DNA from: Candidatus Omnitrophota bacterium
GTDB taxonomy: Bacteria; Omnitrophota; Gorgyraeia; Tantalellales; Tantalellaceae
Direction of reading: 5' to 3'
DNA: 64,000 bases
NCBI GenBank assembly: GCA_028715965.1
Contig: JAQUQS010000006.1
Coordinates: 50,163 to 114,162, forward strand
In this document: positions 55,501 through 63,800 of the stretch, piece after piece
How positions within the stretch are numbered: the first letter of the stretch is position 1
Layout: each line of letters begins with the position of its first letter
The notes under the pieces: generated by a model
Told to the model about the DNA's origin: nothing
Database searches by the model: none
What the model saw: the letters and a program-made list of their open reading frames with translations, nothing else
Translations under genes and position numbers: made by a program

Positions 55501-56193
55501 AAAGGATGGCCTAAGTTCGAGTTCAACGGTTCGTTCGGGCAGTCCGTGGAAACATACCAGCCCACATCCAGCGGGGGAGAACAGCGCGGATTGGCCCCTG
55601 AATGGTATGCCGGCGTTAAAGCCAGCTTGCCTATGTGGGGGAACACCCTTGAGTACAACTACGTAAGGGAGAAATGGGCGCCGACCGTCTCATCGTTCAG
55701 GGGCACCGAAAGCGCCACAAGTTATTTCTCGTTCAAGCTCCTTGACGACCTGGCGTATTTCTCGAACCTGCAAGAATCCCAGGTAGGGTTTGAAAGCGCC
55801 AAATATGAATATCTTAAGGCCAAAAAGGATGTTACGGTCGAAGTTAAAGAGGCGTATTTCAGCTATAAGAAGGCGTTACTGCAAATGGAGGTCGCCGAGG
55901 CCAGGATAGAACATCAGAAAATGTATGTAAAGACGGTAGAGGAAAGGATGCGGTACGGGGAGACCCTGGAGCCGTCACGTATACTTGAAGAATATGAAAA
56001 ATTATCGACTGAGGAATACAGCCAAGTCGATAGCGATTCGAACTATTATAAGGCCCTGGTTGACCTTAATAAGGCTATAGGTGTATCGGAATATTTCAAG
56101 CCCGAGTATGAGGATATGGAATACGAAGAGTGGAAGAAGGCCACCAGGTATGCTGAACTTGATCTGGAAATGCCTGAGGAACAGAAGGAATAG
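49525..56193 (+). CDS. giant (2222-aa) secreted protein: ~1700 aa of alternating TPR-like pairs and ER/K-rich charged helices fused to a C-terminal TolC/OprM-type outer-membrane efflux (OEP) domain
   Basis: The signal peptide is MRRLLISVVVTQMTFSPFTFAW. At least 15 units of the form ..(F/Y)..AR.YA.KAL..(D)P....A..L follow, each followed by E/R/K-rich segments (EEERKRKEAEEAARKAREEEARR). The C-terminal 480 aa carry the duplicated OEP signature (TIDECVNASLNANQRVVVADKQVKLAE..LLPSVTG; LTIGLENCYSLAYANRPDFKIKEKTIEYYEFE) and end YYKALVDLNKAIG. Confidence 0.8.
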   Translation: MVRHDLADNSGMKDRIRRGMRRLLISVVVTQMTFSPFTFAWSQDKAAFSDEEKDKMREDAMAEAMRRLKVREAEEKEAVAEARKRLEEKAKQDAVLGAANEFVLKATQALNEKDFRNARKYAKAALEIAPDLAQAEELLKMVDFAELEYEPGQRELFRKERTTGKDAAQEEEGSSERSAEISASLKAAGAYLAQGDTRRARAAARAVLAEDDKNKQAQLLLARTYVAEKRSARPVVPAGKTSAGSSQNTTKQTIDSYLSRAKASLERNELYAARIFAEKAYQLDSMDPDVDNVISRIASAEQEYAAAEERLRREAEEKKRAEEEEARRRDEEERLARERTSRIEELLDQADRHIEENNFIRARKAADDLRGMGETGTADSLYGKIQDAELIYKEEKAIAEKAERVKKFVQEGEKALSSGDLELARKYADEALGEEGGDGTAEDLSARIDKAKKEVEAAEALRRAERVAAALDQARKELENNGFEKARIYVREALQLESGNETAQKLLKEIYLGEEEYRAERERKKRQAEEEERNRLEALKKAQQERELEQRKERVAWYLEQAAEKNKDREFDRAREYVKKALTIDPTSEKAKKTVRVIDADEEEYINELRQRKKVSEERKKEEEEARAREEEAARKRELEEARKRKEIQDLERTTRVNDLLEKAELALDGKDFSAAREYVNKALTLEGNNVKAISAMQGINSAEREYEANKLRRQEELNKQQKEEKAAAETARIAMEEQLKREAQPGVSEYIDKAEEELSRGNYEEARVYARKAIGADPNNVVAHRLITRSYMEEKKGVLDDPRQEEKAPEVQEKPASEGKAGSSAIDNELVAAREKMAEGDFSGARTHARKVLSVDSNNLEAQSIMTTSYLREREKIRGKDTVRALKNKEEAARPSSREIKSVMDEAIAALNENEFEKAMGLAEKARQMDPSNEETKTLIEQIGQLRASYERDVKAKEQAEAESEKQKEEREARAREEQEARAREEQDARAREEQEARVREEQEARAREEKEAKGFEKRITGYLDKAERSLEEQDFSKARSYAEKALELAGSDERARDMIDAIDLAQRTYAEEERKRKEAEEAARKAREEEARRSEKERAREKALESMSYFKTASDLMGQGKFDEARKNIYLAFNIPEDSLQAKILLSEYDFHDKNGKKFTSMKEIREGSLSSIDAEERSKKEIEEAARKAEEEEKARERELREREEKITGYLDRARGYLEKGSFDRARGYAENALKVDESDERAREMINAIDSAERTYAEEERKRKEAEEAERKARQEAAAREKEAREAAEREKKITGYLDRARGYLEKDSFGRARSYAENALKVDGNDERAREMIDAIDSAERTYAEEERKRKEAEEAERKARQEAAAREKEEREAAKAAEKSMAYFKKASDMLDRGRYDQARKYVDIAFNIPEDSAQARIILSEYEFLDKNGVQITTIQGIREGSLSKIEEAEATTAAGRLEEKVQAESVDPGVDASAERSEADQEKINNYLAKARGYLDQGNCAKARAMMDKASRLGAAGTDADILRIAIENAERKERERLVDEKAAQYAEKAEKALDRNRFDEAENYVQKALELKEGDEALNGLLTRISSRKQEHEAEMRMTKEEEEARKQAEEAVRAREKEEARREKARQQADKDIAKAQEFFDAGDYGQARHYLYQVKDSVPDDSRANEMLTEIDKAEMFGKREKLDDIRREKLELSMKEPDGDPMKEHNEPKGWMDQMTGMFEKRTDGPRNDTLNESHEYTIDECVNASLNANQRVVVADKQVKLAEMRLWETRRELLPSVTGKIERSYGKIGQGSSDRHYQGEKYQVELKQTLWDGFGTWFKVKQSQTNLEITMLERGKIENEVVETTKKAYYNLDKSIKAFDLQEKFNGKVSEIHEFTEKAYERELIPKVEYLKVKGQKMQSDFQKDSAKEDVRLAEMILLQAMDMDSDKHIMIKPVRRPGEWLTIGLENCYSLAYANRPDFKIKEKTIEYYEFERKMMKAKGWPKFEFNGSFGQSVETYQPTSSGGEQRGLAPEWYAGVKASLPMWGNTLEYNYVREKWAPTVSSFRGTESATSYFSFKLLDDLAYFSNLQESQVGFESAKYEYLKAKKDVTVEVKEAYFSYKKALLQMEVAEARIEHQKMYVKTVEERMRYGETLEPSRILEEYEKLSTEEYSQVDSDSNYYKALVDLNKAIGVSEYFKPEYEDMEYEEWKKATRYAELDLEMPEEQKE
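52432..52556 (+). repeat. in-frame 24-nt tandem repeat x5 (REEQEARA)n inside giant gene
   Basis: The unit gaagaacaggaagccagRgcgaga is repeated with point differences, encoding REEQEARAREEQEARAREEQDARAREEQEARVREEQEARAREE. Confidence 0.85.
52560..53900 (+). repeat. near-identical intragenic module repeats (264-nt/88-aa units at 53151 and 53415; ~480-nt module at 52570-53060 re-used at 53415-53890)
   Basis: Long stretches are over 90% identical at the DNA level, for example gagcgggccagggaaatgataRatgccatagactcggcggagagaacatacgcggaggaagaRcggaagcgtaaagaggccgaagaggccgaacgcaaRgccaggcaggaagcggcggccagggaaaa. Confidence 0.85.
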
Positions 56194-56227
56194 AAGCTTT
56201 AAAGTTTGTGTATGACATTCCAAGATT

Positions 56228-57523
56228 TTGCGGAGGGGTATTATGGATGAAGATAAAAAAGATATGTTCTTCGAGGAAGATCCCGAAAATGGCGCGCGGG
56301 AAGAAAAGGATCCCGTAGAAGAAGGCGAGGACGACCTTTTTGCCGATGAGCCGGAACAGGGGAACACCGAAGAAACGCTCATGGAAGAGGCGGATGCCCC
56401 GAAAAAACGCTGGAAGTTCAAGTTTTCCGGGATAAAGAAGAACTATATGTGGATAATTGTCGGGCTTCTCGTATTGAGCTTCGTGCTGATAAAGACCGTT
56501 GGCAAGATATCGCAGATATTCATGGGGGAGAAAAAAGAGGTCAAGGAAATGGTCGAATTCCTGGAGACCATGCCGGTCAAGGTATACAAGGTTAAGAAAA
56601 TGGATTTCAAGGATACGTTGCCGGCAATGGGCAGGATAGAAGGGTTCAAGGAGATAGACCTTATGTTCGATGGGAAAGGGATCCTGGAAAGTTTCAACTT
56701 CGAGGAAGGAGAGCGGATACTGGAGGGGGATATTATCGCCAGTCTTGACAACAAGGACGCGATCCTGAAACTGAAATACGCGGGCCTTGAAATGGAAAAG
56801 GCGCAGAAGCTTTATGAAATAGGCGCTGTTGAGAAAATGGTGCTGGACCAGAAGAAGCTCGAGTACGAATCCGCCAAGAACGATCTCGAGAAAACAAGCA
56901 TATACGCCCCGACCGACGGCTATCTTGCCAGCAAGGAAAAGCATACTGGCGCTTTTATCGGGCCTACGGATAAGATAGGGACGTTCGTTGATTATAGTGA
57001 GGTATATGCCGCGTTCGACATAATCGAGGAGGATTCCCCGAAGATCGACCTGGGCCAGACCGCGGAAGTGTTCCTGGACGCTTATCCCGGGGTGTCGTAC
57101 AAGGGCACAATAGACATGATATCCCCCGTAATAGAGGGCAGGACCAGGACGCAGAAAGCAAAAATTGAATTACAGAACGAAGAGAACAAGATGAAACCCG
57201 GCATGTTCGCCCGGGCCATCATAAATACGTACGAGAAGAAAGACGCGCTGATCATACCGTCGTCTTCTTTCAAGAAGAAAGAGAATAAATATTTCGTATA
57301 TATCGTTCATCCGGATGAAGACGCGGAGGGAGAAGCTAAGGAAGATGAAAGCAAGATGGGGACGGTAGAGGAGCGCGAGATAACAATAGAGTACCTGACA
57401 CATGACGCGGCTGAAATATCAAAAGGGTTGAGCGAGGGCGAGCTGGTGATCAGGGAAATACACCAGGATTATAAAGACAAGGATAAGGTCGAGATAACCG
57501 AAGTACAGGAAACAATGTTCTAA
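56228..57523 (+). CDS. membrane fusion protein (HlyD/AcrA family periplasmic adaptor) with acidic cytoplasmic N-terminal extension
   Basis: An acidic N-terminal extension of about 60 aa precedes a single TM helix (YMWIIVGLLVLSFVLI), alpha-hairpin/coiled-coil, lipoyl and beta-barrel regions (IIASLDNKDAILKLKYA..IYAPTDGYL). Confidence 0.8.
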   Translation: MRRGIMDEDKKDMFFEEDPENGAREEKDPVEEGEDDLFADEPEQGNTEETLMEEADAPKKRWKFKFSGIKKNYMWIIVGLLVLSFVLIKTVGKISQIFMGEKKEVKEMVEFLETMPVKVYKVKKMDFKDTLPAMGRIEGFKEIDLMFDGKGILESFNFEEGERILEGDIIASLDNKDAILKLKYAGLEMEKAQKLYEIGAVEKMVLDQKKLEYESAKNDLEKTSIYAPTDGYLASKEKHTGAFIGPTDKIGTFVDYSEVYAAFDIIEEDSPKIDLGQTAEVFLDAYPGVSYKGTIDMISPVIEGRTRTQKAKIELQNEENKMKPGMFARAIINTYEKKDALIIPSSSFKKKENKYFVYIVHPDEDAEGEAKEDESKMGTVEEREITIEYLTHDAAEISKGLSEGELVIREIHQDYKDKDKVEITEVQETMF

Positions 57524-57653
57524 CGCGCGGACCGGACGAGGATGTATCGGGCAGCCCTGACACGTCTTTTCCCGTTCCGTGGCGATATTGTCCATAACAG
57601 GGCACAGAACACGGGGGCCCTTAACTTACCTGTAGACAGTTGCGAGCATAAAT

Positions 57654-60600
57654 ATGGGATTACCTGAATTTTCGACAAAAAAGCCAGTCACAACCGTGAT
57701 GATATTCATAGGTGTGATGCTGTTCGGCTTCATTTCGCTTACGAAGCTCCCTCAGGAATTGTTCCCGCCGATCACATATCCGCAATTAACGGTTTTTACG
57801 GGATACGCCAATGCTGCTCCTGAAGAGGTCGAGACACTCCTGACGAAGCCTATAGAGGAGGGTGTCGGTACCGTTAGCGGGCTCAAGATGATAAGGTCCA
57901 TATCCAAGGAAGGTGTATCGCTCGTAATAGCGGAGTTCGATTGGGACCAGAACATGGATTTCGCTTCATTGAGGACGAGGGAAAAGGTCGACCTTGTTAA
58001 GGCCAGGCTTCCCCGGGATTCCACCGAACCGCTTGTTGTGCCTTTTAACCCGTTCGAGATGCCTATAATGACGATAAGCGTTACCGGGAACAGGAGCCCT
58101 GTTGAGTTAAGGCGCATCGCGAAGGATACCATAAAAGAAGAGCTCGAAAAGATTGATGGCGTTGCCTCCGCGTCGGTCGAAGGCGGGCTCGAAAGGGAGA
58201 TACTTGTTGCCGTTGACCAGGGAAAGATGAACGCTATGGGCGTGTCGATACTGGATGTGTCGGACGCCATAACCAATTCCAACTTGAATTATCCGGCGGG
58301 CACCATAAAGGAAAGTTTTTATGAATACCTTATAAGGACCCTGGGGGAATTTTCTACGATAGACGAGATCCCGGAAGTCGTGGTGAAGAACAACGACGAA
58401 GAGCCGGAACAGAGAGAGATGCCCTATGACAAGAAATTGAAAGAAAGAAAATCGAGTTCGTCGCCTAAAATGGTGGCCATAAAAGATATAGCTGAGATCA
58501 AGGATACGTTCAAGGAAAGAAGCAGCTATTCCAGGTATAATGGCAAGGAGAACGTATCGGTGTCTATCCAGAAGCAGGCGCAGGCTAATACCATGCAGGT
58601 AATAAACCGTATCCGACAATCTTTCGATCGCCTGCATAAGATATTGCCGAAAGATGTAAAGCTCCAGGTCATACATGACCAGTCCATATTCATCAAGGAC
58701 GCGATAAACGGGGTAAGGGACGCGGCGTTCCAAGGTGGTATACTGGCCTTCCTGGTGCTTCTGGTGTTCTTGAGGAATGTCAAGTCCTCCGCCATAGTTA
58801 CTTTGAGCATACCTATATCCATCATGATCGTTTTCACGTTCATGTATTTCGGCGGGCTTTCGATAAACATGATGTCGCTGGGCGGGTTGGCGTTAGGTGT
58901 GGGTATGCTGGTCGATAACGCGATAGTCGTAATGGAGAACATCTTCCGCCATCGGGAGATGGGGAAACCACCGGAACAAGCCGCTACGGAAGGGGCTGAA
59001 GAGGTTTCCAACGCGATAGTAGCATCCACCCTTACTACGATAGCGGTTTTTCTTCCTATGGTGTTCGTTGTTGGCGTGGCCGGCCAGCTTTTCAAGGAAT
59101 TGGCGTTCACCGTGACCTTTTCACTGATAGGGTCATTATGGGTCGCATTGACGCTGATCCCTCTTTTAAGCTGTAAGCTCGGCGGGGACAGCAAAGAAGC
59201 GGCAAAAGGCGCCGCGGCGTTCGCCGGCGGAGAGAAATGGAAACAGATGCTTACGCGGTACGAAAAGATGCTGCGGTTCTTCCTGGATCATAAGGGTATA
59301 GGCTTATTCTGTGTGTTTCTCATATTCCTGGCAAGTTTTGGGCTTTTCGGCGGGCTTGAAAAAGAATTGATGCCAAAAACCGACCAGGGACAGTTCGTGA
59401 TAAAGGTCGATATGCCGGTAGGGACCAAGTTGGACGATACGGATAAGGTCGTCAGGCTGATAGAGGACCAGGCCATGAAGGTCCCGGAAGAGGAATCCGT
59501 GAGTTCGGTGATCGGGTCCACTTCAGGCGATTCGGCGAAGGACCTCATAACAAGGCTGGGGTCGCATCAGGGAGAGATAATTGTGAACCTTAAGGAGAAA
59601 AGAAAAACGACCACGGGGGATGTCGTGGTGGCGCTTAAGGAAAAAGTTTCCAGGCTGAGGGAGGCGAAGGCGGCCAACATAGAGTTTTCCATGCAACAAG
59701 GCATGATCTCGGGGGCATTTGGATCTTCAGGAAAGCCCATCATGGTAGAGATCAAGGGCGAAAAAATGGAGGTAATGGAAAGCATCGCCAAAGAAGTCGA
59801 AAAAAGGCTTGAGAAGATAGACGGTATTTTCGGGATAGAGGATGATATCCCGGAACCTTCCCCGGAAATAAGGGTGAATATCAACAAAGATAAAGCCGCC
59901 TTGTATAACATTTCCGTGGTGGATCTGGCAAGGATAGCTCAAATGGTCCTCAGGGGATATATATCGTCACAGTTCAAGGAAAAAGGGCGAGAGGTCGATA
60001 TCAGGGTGCGGATGAGCGAGAAAGACAGGGATTCTTACGCCAAGCTCCACAGGATAAAGATAAGCGCGCCCGGAGGAACACAGGTCCTGCTGTCTAAACT
60101 TGCCGAATTCACGCGTGGCAAGGGCCCCAGCGAGATAAAAAGGCTGGGGCAGGAGCGTACCATGACGGTCTCGGCCAACGTTATCGGCCGAAAACTTTCG
60201 GATGTTTTCGGCGAGGTAGAAAAGAGCCTGAAAGCCATGCAAAAACCGAGTGGGTATGTCGTGAAACTTACGGGTGAATCCGAGGAAATGAAAAAGTCCT
60301 TTAACAGCCTCAGGTTCGCGCTTATACTTTCCATTGTTCTCGTATACATGATAATGGCAGCGCAATTCGAGTCGTTGTCGCAGCCGTTGATCATACTTTT
60401 CACTGTGCCGTTATCGCTCATAGGCGTCCTTGTCGCGCTTTACGTAACGAATACATCTATAAGCGTGGTCGCTCTTCTTGGGGTCATAATGCTGGGCGGT
60501 ATAGTCGTCAATAACGGTATAGTCCTGATCGATTACACGAACATCCTTATGGCCCAGGGAAAAGAGATGAAAGAAGCCGTAATTGAAGCCAGCCTTGCCA

Positions 60601-60818
60601 GGTTAAGGCCGATAATCATGACCGCGCTCACGACGGTACTTGGTCTTTTCCCGATGGCCCTGGCTGTCGGAAGAGGGTCTGAACTCAGGGCTCCCATGGC
60701 GGTAAGTGTAATGGGCGGGCTTATGGTGTCCACTTTCCTTACCCTTGTGGTGATCCCTTCCATATTTGTTCTTGAGCATGAAATAAGGAACAGGATACGG
60801 AAAGTATCAGTGAAATGA
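57654..60818 (+). CDS. RND family efflux transporter (AcrB/MdtB-like), subunit 1
   Basis: The 1054-aa product has 12 TM helices in two halves with large periplasmic loops. Its N-terminus is KKPVTTVMIFIGVMLFGFISLTKLP.ELFP and it contains the conserved motif GLA.G.GMLVDNAIVV.ENI. Confidence 0.9.
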   Translation: MGLPEFSTKKPVTTVMIFIGVMLFGFISLTKLPQELFPPITYPQLTVFTGYANAAPEEVETLLTKPIEEGVGTVSGLKMIRSISKEGVSLVIAEFDWDQNMDFASLRTREKVDLVKARLPRDSTEPLVVPFNPFEMPIMTISVTGNRSPVELRRIAKDTIKEELEKIDGVASASVEGGLEREILVAVDQGKMNAMGVSILDVSDAITNSNLNYPAGTIKESFYEYLIRTLGEFSTIDEIPEVVVKNNDEEPEQREMPYDKKLKERKSSSSPKMVAIKDIAEIKDTFKERSSYSRYNGKENVSVSIQKQAQANTMQVINRIRQSFDRLHKILPKDVKLQVIHDQSIFIKDAINGVRDAAFQGGILAFLVLLVFLRNVKSSAIVTLSIPISIMIVFTFMYFGGLSINMMSLGGLALGVGMLVDNAIVVMENIFRHREMGKPPEQAATEGAEEVSNAIVASTLTTIAVFLPMVFVVGVAGQLFKELAFTVTFSLIGSLWVALTLIPLLSCKLGGDSKEAAKGAAAFAGGEKWKQMLTRYEKMLRFFLDHKGIGLFCVFLIFLASFGLFGGLEKELMPKTDQGQFVIKVDMPVGTKLDDTDKVVRLIEDQAMKVPEEESVSSVIGSTSGDSAKDLITRLGSHQGEIIVNLKEKRKTTTGDVVVALKEKVSRLREAKAANIEFSMQQGMISGAFGSSGKPIMVEIKGEKMEVMESIAKEVEKRLEKIDGIFGIEDDIPEPSPEIRVNINKDKAALYNISVVDLARIAQMVLRGYISSQFKEKGREVDIRVRMSEKDRDSYAKLHRIKISAPGGTQVLLSKLAEFTRGKGPSEIKRLGQERTMTVSANVIGRKLSDVFGEVEKSLKAMQKPSGYVVKLTGESEEMKKSFNSLRFALILSIVLVYMIMAAQFESLSQPLIILFTVPLSLIGVLVALYVTNTSISVVALLGVIMLGGIVVNNGIVLIDYTNILMAQGKEMKEAVIEASLARLRPIIMTALTTVLGLFPMALAVGRGSELRAPMAVSVMGGLMVSTFLTLVVIPSIFVLEHEIRNRIRKVSVK

Positions 60819-60882
60819 GCGGCGGGATGATCTCTACGTGTCTCTGGCGGCCATGTCCCCGCGCTCATGGAAAGATAGAAAT

Positions 60883-63800
60883 ATGAGCCTATCCAGTTTT
60901 TCCATAAAAAAACCTATTACCACGATAATGATATTTACCGCCCTGTGCCTTATGGGGGTCATATCGCTTACACGTCTTCCGGTAGAGCTTTACCCGGATG
61001 TCTCCTTCGGCCAGATAAGTATCATCATGTACATACGCGGCGGCATACCTCCGACCGAGGTCGAGACAATGGTGACCAAACCGATAGAGGAGGCAATAAG
61101 TACGGTCTCTCACCTGGAGCGTGTCCTGTCCATATCCAAGGAAGGGGAAGCTACGGTCGTTCTGAGTTTTGACCGTGGCATAGACATGCAGCTTGCCGCG
61201 ATGGAGGTTCGGGAAAAGTTCGCCAAAGTGAAAGAAAAGATGCCCAAAGAGGCGGAAAAACCCATCATCGCGCAGTTCTCCCAGACAGACGTGCCGATAG
61301 TCATATTCGCGGTCACGAGCAGGAAGAAGACAACGGAGGAATTGCGCAAGATCGTCGACGAGAATATCAAGGAGAGGATAAAAAGGATAAACGGCGTGGC
61401 CAATGTCGAGGTCGGCGGGGGCAGGGAGCGCAAGATAATAATAGAAGCGGATGAACAGGCGCTTAAAAGATACGCGGTTTCGCTTAACAGGCTTATATCC
61501 GCGCTGGGCGCGAACAATCTTAACCTGTTAACGGGAGAACTCGAGAAAGAGGACAAAAAGGTCCTTATAAGGGCCATCGGCCAATATGTTACCGTTGAGG
61601 ATATCAAGTCAACGGTCGTATTGTCCAGGCCCGACGGTTCAACGGTCAGGGTGCGTGATCTTGCCGATGTAAAGGATTCCTATCTGGAGCCGCAGACGTA
61701 TGCCAGGATAAATATCAAGCCCATTGTGTCCGTGTATGTCCAGAAGGAATCCAAGGCCAATACCATAAAGGTATCGCAGGCCATCCTGGAGGGTGTCGAA
61801 GAGTTGAGGACGATCCTGCCGGATGATATAGAGCTCATTGTTACAAAGAACCAGGCAGAGTTCATCCGGACGTCCATATCTAACTTGAAAGACTCACTTT
61901 TAAGGGGCGCCGCGATGATCATTTTCATACTCATGCTTTTCATGGGTAAACTCGGGAGGCACGCGGCTTATATAGTTCCGGTAGGACTGGGCGTGTCCGT
62001 TTTCGCGCCTCCGCTGTTCCTCTATGTACTGCTGATCGGACTTGTGGGGTTTCTCTTATTGTTCAAAAGTTACCGGCCCATATTCATTGTAGCGGTCTCG
62101 ATCCCTATCTCGCTCATAGTAACGTTCGGTCTTATGGATATGTCGAACATGTTCGTGCCCGCGATAATGGACCTCACGATAAACTTCATAACCCTTTTCG
62201 GGCTCGCGCTGGGCGTCGGGATGCTGGTCGATAATTCCATAGTTGTTTTCGAGAATATCGTGACAAAGAGCGAACAAGGCCTGGACCAGGTTGAGGCGGC
62301 GATAAATGGAAGTACTGAGATGAATGTGGTAATATTCGCATCCACCCTGACAACGGTCATCGTGTTCCTCCCGATGCTTTTTGTGAGTAAATCCATGAGC
62401 CTTTTGTACGGGGGCGTGGCATGGACCGTTACTTTTTCCCTGTGTGTGTCGCTGTTCGTCGCGCTGATGATAGTGCCGCTCATGAGCTCCAGGGTAAAGG
62501 TGGCGGAAAAAGGAGGTATGTCCCAGGAGGTCAAGGAAGGGTTCCTCAAACCATTCTACGCGTTGCAGGAAAAAGCGCTTTTTTTCGTGTTCCGCAGGCG
62601 TTTTATGATAATAGGAATAGCCACGTTCCTGTTCTTCGTGGCCATGTTCATTTATGGAAAACTGGGCAAAGAATACCTGGGGACCACGGAACAGAACAAG
62701 TTCACGGTATTCATAGAGCTGCCCACGGGAGCAAAGCTCGATTCGAGTGATGATATCGTAAGGAATGTGGAGGAGATATTGCGAGAAGTGCCGGAAGTGA
62801 AGAGCTTTACCGCCAGGGTAGAAGGCTGGTCGAGCAAGGTGTATGTCGACCTGGTCGGGCTGAAATCCAGGAAAAGATCGGTGGCGGAGGTCATAGAAAG
62901 CCTGCGGCCCAAGGTGGAGAGGCTGCAGCCGGCGTTCATATATTTCGAGGAAGAACAGGAAGTCGGGACAAAGGAAATAATCCTTAACGTTTTTGGGCAT
63001 GATTACGAGATATTAAGGGAAATAGCCATAGCGATAACCACAAGGATGGGTCGTGTCCCTTATTTTACGGACACCAAGATACGTATGCGTGAAGGAAGAC
63101 CGGAACTAGATCTCAGGATAGATAAGCAAAAAAGCGCGCATTTCAACTTTAACACCAAAGATGTGGCTGATATGGTGCACGCTAAGGTCCGCGGTGTAAG
63201 GGCAACGATGTTCCATACCAGGTCCGCCGAGGTGGAAACGATCGTCAGGATGAAGGAAAAGGACCGGCGTACCGTCAAGGATATACATTCCCTTTCGGTT
63301 TCCAAGGCTGGGGACGACAGGGTCGCGCTTGACCAGATAGTGGATTTTGAGTATGGCCTTGGTCCGAGTGAGATCTGGAGGAAAGACAGGGCCCGGATGA
63401 TACAGGTGAGCGCGAACGTTGGGGAACTATCATTGGGGCAGGCCGCGCAAATATTGGACAAGGAACTTGTGGACCTGAAGCTCCCGGAAGATTATTTTTA
63501 TGAGATAGGAGGGGATTACCCTACTCTGATGAAGACCCAGAGTGAATTCGGGATGACGATCGTGGTCATCATAGTCCTGATCTACCTGGTTCTGGCGTCC
63601 ATATTCGAGTCTTACAGGCAGCCGTTCATAATAATGGTGACCGTGATGCTCGCTACCATAGGCGCGATAGGGGCTTTGTATATGACAAAGACCACCGTGG
63701 GTATGGGGGCCCTGATCGGGATGATGATGCTTGCGGGTATAGTTGTGAACAACGGTATTATACTGGTCGAACATGCTAATGAGCTTAAGGTCCAGAGGCG

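Noticed and set aside
56096-56944. 282-aa minus-strand ORF overlapping the membrane fusion protein gene
   Set aside because: It lies antisense to the HlyD-family gene and has no supporting motif.
62056-63000. 314-aa minus-strand ORF (and 62070-62549) within the second RND gene
   Set aside because: It lies antisense to an unambiguous AcrB-like reading frame that runs to the window end. The His/Arg-rich product is nonsensical.
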